From NCBI RefSeq assembly GCF_003334815.1, contig NZ_QOWO01000131.1: a stretch of 391 nucleotides of DNA; one strand, 5' to 3'. Of this stretch, positions 1 through 391 are shown in pieces (position 1 is the first letter of the stretch; the number at the start of each line of letters is the position of its first letter). The notes beneath the pieces were generated by a model that was not told where the DNA came from, searched no databases, and saw only the letters and a program-made list of their open reading frames with translations. The DNA comes from Escherichia coli (GTDB taxonomy: Bacteria; Pseudomonadota; Gammaproteobacteria; Enterobacterales; Enterobacteriaceae). The position numbers and the translations under genes were made by a program.

Positions 1-75
1 CGCGAGGCATCGTCTTAACGAGGCACCGAGGCGTCGCATTCTTCAGATGGTTCAACCCTTAAGTTAGCGCTTATG
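1..75. mobile_element. Terminus of an IS186-like insertion sequence (IS4 family); element body extends beyond the window start
   Basis: + strand 53..75 reads CAACCCTTAAGTTAGCGCTTATG, whose reverse complement CATAAGCGCTAACTTAAGGGTTG matches the IS186 terminal inverted repeat as I recall it. The adjacent flank (minus strand GGGGGTAAAACC) fits the G-run/A-T core/C-run targets IS186 prefers. The boundary at 75 is approximate to about 1 bp. Identification is from memory and was not searched. Confidence 0.6.
53..75. repeat. 23-bp terminal inverted repeat of the IS186-like element
   Basis: Sequence CAACCCTTAAGTTAGCGCTTATG ends at the junction with the toxin-side flank. The second copy of the inverted repeat would lie at the other end of the element, outside the window. 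Confidence 0.55.
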
Positions 76-96
76 GGTTTTACCCCCGCGTGGTGG

Positions 97-249
97 CTAC
101 TTCTTCGATTCGTAAGCGAGAACTGCCTTAAACTCCATACCACGTTCTCTGATACTCAACTCACACAACGAGTCGCCTACCATCAGCGTGAATCCCAGTA
201 CTGTAAAACACAGCACTATGATTGCCACAAGGGCATATTTTGTCAGCAT
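97..249 (-). CDS. hokE: Hok/Gef family type I toxin (HokE-like small membrane toxin), 50 aa
   Basis: Minus-strand ATG at 249..247 is preceded by GGAGG (260..256) with a 6-nt spacer; 50 sense codons run to TAG (99..97). Translation: [50 protein letters not shown]. It has an N-terminal hydrophobic transmembrane stretch ([19 protein letters not shown]), then the conserved D-S-L-C-E block and C-terminal A-Y-E-S motif typical of Hok/Gef toxins. Closest to E. coli HokE by recollection, but not identical to the sequence I remember, so the paralogue and strain are unverified. Confidence 0.9.
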   Translation of the reverse strand: MLTKYALVAIIVLCFTVLGFTLMVGDSLCELSIRERGMEFKAVLAYESKK

Positions 250-252
250 GTC

Positions 253-281
253 TTGCCTCCCTGCAAAGAAGAGACTAACAT
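253..281 (+). promoter_or_regulatory. Candidate sigma70 promoter for an antisense Sok-like RNA (-35 TTGCCT 253..258, 17-bp spacer, -10 TAACAT 276..281)
   Basis: Both hexamers match consensus 4/6 with optimal 17-bp spacing. The -35 overlaps the toxin RBS on the opposite strand, which is the arrangement I recall for the plasmid R1 sok promoter relative to the hok RBS. Predicted transcription start is near 288..289. Confidence 0.35.
256..260 (-). promoter_or_regulatory. Shine-Dalgarno sequence (GGAGG) for the hok-like toxin
   Basis: Minus-strand GGAGG lies 6 nt upstream of the toxin ATG (sequence gcagGGAGGcaagacATG). Confidence 0.7.
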
Positions 282-287
282 TCGAAT

Positions 288-391
288 TGTTTGGGTTCGA
301 ACGTAAGCCTCAGGTTGTACTGACCCCAAAAAGTTGGACAGTTAAACACGAGGCATATAGGTCTGATTCCGATATTCAATTGGAGTCAGAC
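288..391 (+). ncRNA. sokE: Candidate Sok-like antisense RNA (antitoxin), complementary to the toxin mRNA leader; 3' end not defined
   Basis: Inferred from the candidate promoter and hok/sok locus architecture. The transcript would be antisense to the toxin leader and could end at the 361..391 stem-loop, but no U-tract is visible because the window ends there. Extent is speculative. Confidence 0.25.
361..391. repeat. Inverted repeat forming a 10-bp stem with 11-nt loop (GTCTGATTCC / GGAGTCAGAC)
   Basis: 361..370 pairs with 382..391. On the + strand RNA there is one G-U wobble; on the minus-strand RNA one A-C mismatch. It lies in the toxin mRNA leader and the candidate antisense RNA region. 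The window ends at the stem, so downstream context is unseen. Confidence 0.6.

Larger units (their letters stand above)
243..281 (-). other. Short leader ORF (12 codons, [12 protein letters not shown]) overlapping the toxin start; possible degenerate mok-like coupling frame
   Basis: Minus-strand ATG at 281..279 runs to TGA at 245..243. The stop overlaps the toxin start as ATGCTGA. There is no recognisable SD upstream of this ATG. The same frame is open further upstream (TTG at 329..327), also without an SD. Confidence 0.2.

Noticed and set aside
2-67. Open + strand frame 2..64 ending at TAG 65..67 (ARHRLNEAPRRRILQMVQPLS*), possibly the C-terminal end of the IS transposase
   Set aside because: Only 21 codons are visible, frame 3 is similarly open, and I cannot recall the orientation or C-terminal sequence of the IS186 transposase reliably. 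Not supportable as a CDS from this window alone.
75-85. Small hairpin GGGT-TTT-ACCC directly after the toxin stop region
   Set aside because: It has only a 4-bp stem and a 3-nt loop and straddles the putative IS junction. It is more plausibly part of the G-run/C-run insertion target than a terminator.
196-203. Perfect 8-bp palindrome CAGTACTG inside the toxin coding region
   Set aside because: It is short, lies within codons for the hydrophobic helix, and has no flanking context suggesting a protein-binding site. Likely coincidental.
281-301. Two copies of the self-complementary hexamer TTCGAA (281..286 and 296..301) able to form a 6-bp stem
   Set aside because: The stem is short with a 9-nt loop and would compete with many alternative leader folds. 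It cannot be given a function without folding the full transcript.
73-306. 77-aa + strand ORF from the supplied track ([25 protein letters not shown]...)
   Set aside because: It is antisense to the well-supported Hok-family toxin gene and has no SD upstream of its ATG. Its start codon (73..75) is formed by the last bases of the putative IS terminal repeat, and the product has no recognisable features. Most likely a chance open frame opposite a real gene.
347-356. CACGAGGCAT on the + strand, identical to the 10-mer I recall spanning the mok Shine-Dalgarno in plasmid R1 hok mRNA, but here on the strand opposite the toxin
   Set aside because: A single 10-mer match between two sequences of about 400 nt is within chance expectation. 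It is followed by ATAG rather than a start codon, and the orientation is wrong for a mok ribosome-binding site of this toxin. Evidence is insufficient for an inversion or a second divergent hok locus.
340-391. Search for the toxin promoter on the minus strand near the window end (TTGAAT and TATATG-like hexamers)
   Set aside because: Candidate hexamers have a 13 to 14 bp spacer and poor matches. By comparison with R1, whose leader is about 170 nt, the true promoter and 5' end of the toxin mRNA probably lie beyond position 391.

Overview
The main feature is a small toxin gene that the supplied ORF track misses: a 50-codon Hok/Gef-family (HokE-like) type I toxin on the minus strand (97..249) with a strong GGAGG ribosome-binding site. 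Its upstream leader (250..391 on the minus strand) has the layout of a hok/sok locus: a candidate antisense (Sok-like) promoter on the + strand overlapping the toxin RBS, a short leader ORF ending in an ATGCTGA overlap with the toxin start, and a 10-bp stem-loop at the window edge. The left 75 bp look like the terminus of insertion sequence IS186 (terminal inverted repeat at 53..75), which ends 21 bp past the toxin stop codon beside a G5-TAAAA-C2/3 target-like motif. If so, the toxin mRNA 3' regulatory region has been cut off by the IS. The 77-aa + strand ORF from the track is judged an artefact. This is a member of a known toxin-antitoxin family rather than a new system. All family and IS assignments rest on reading the sequence and on recollection of reference sequences; nothing was searched or computed.
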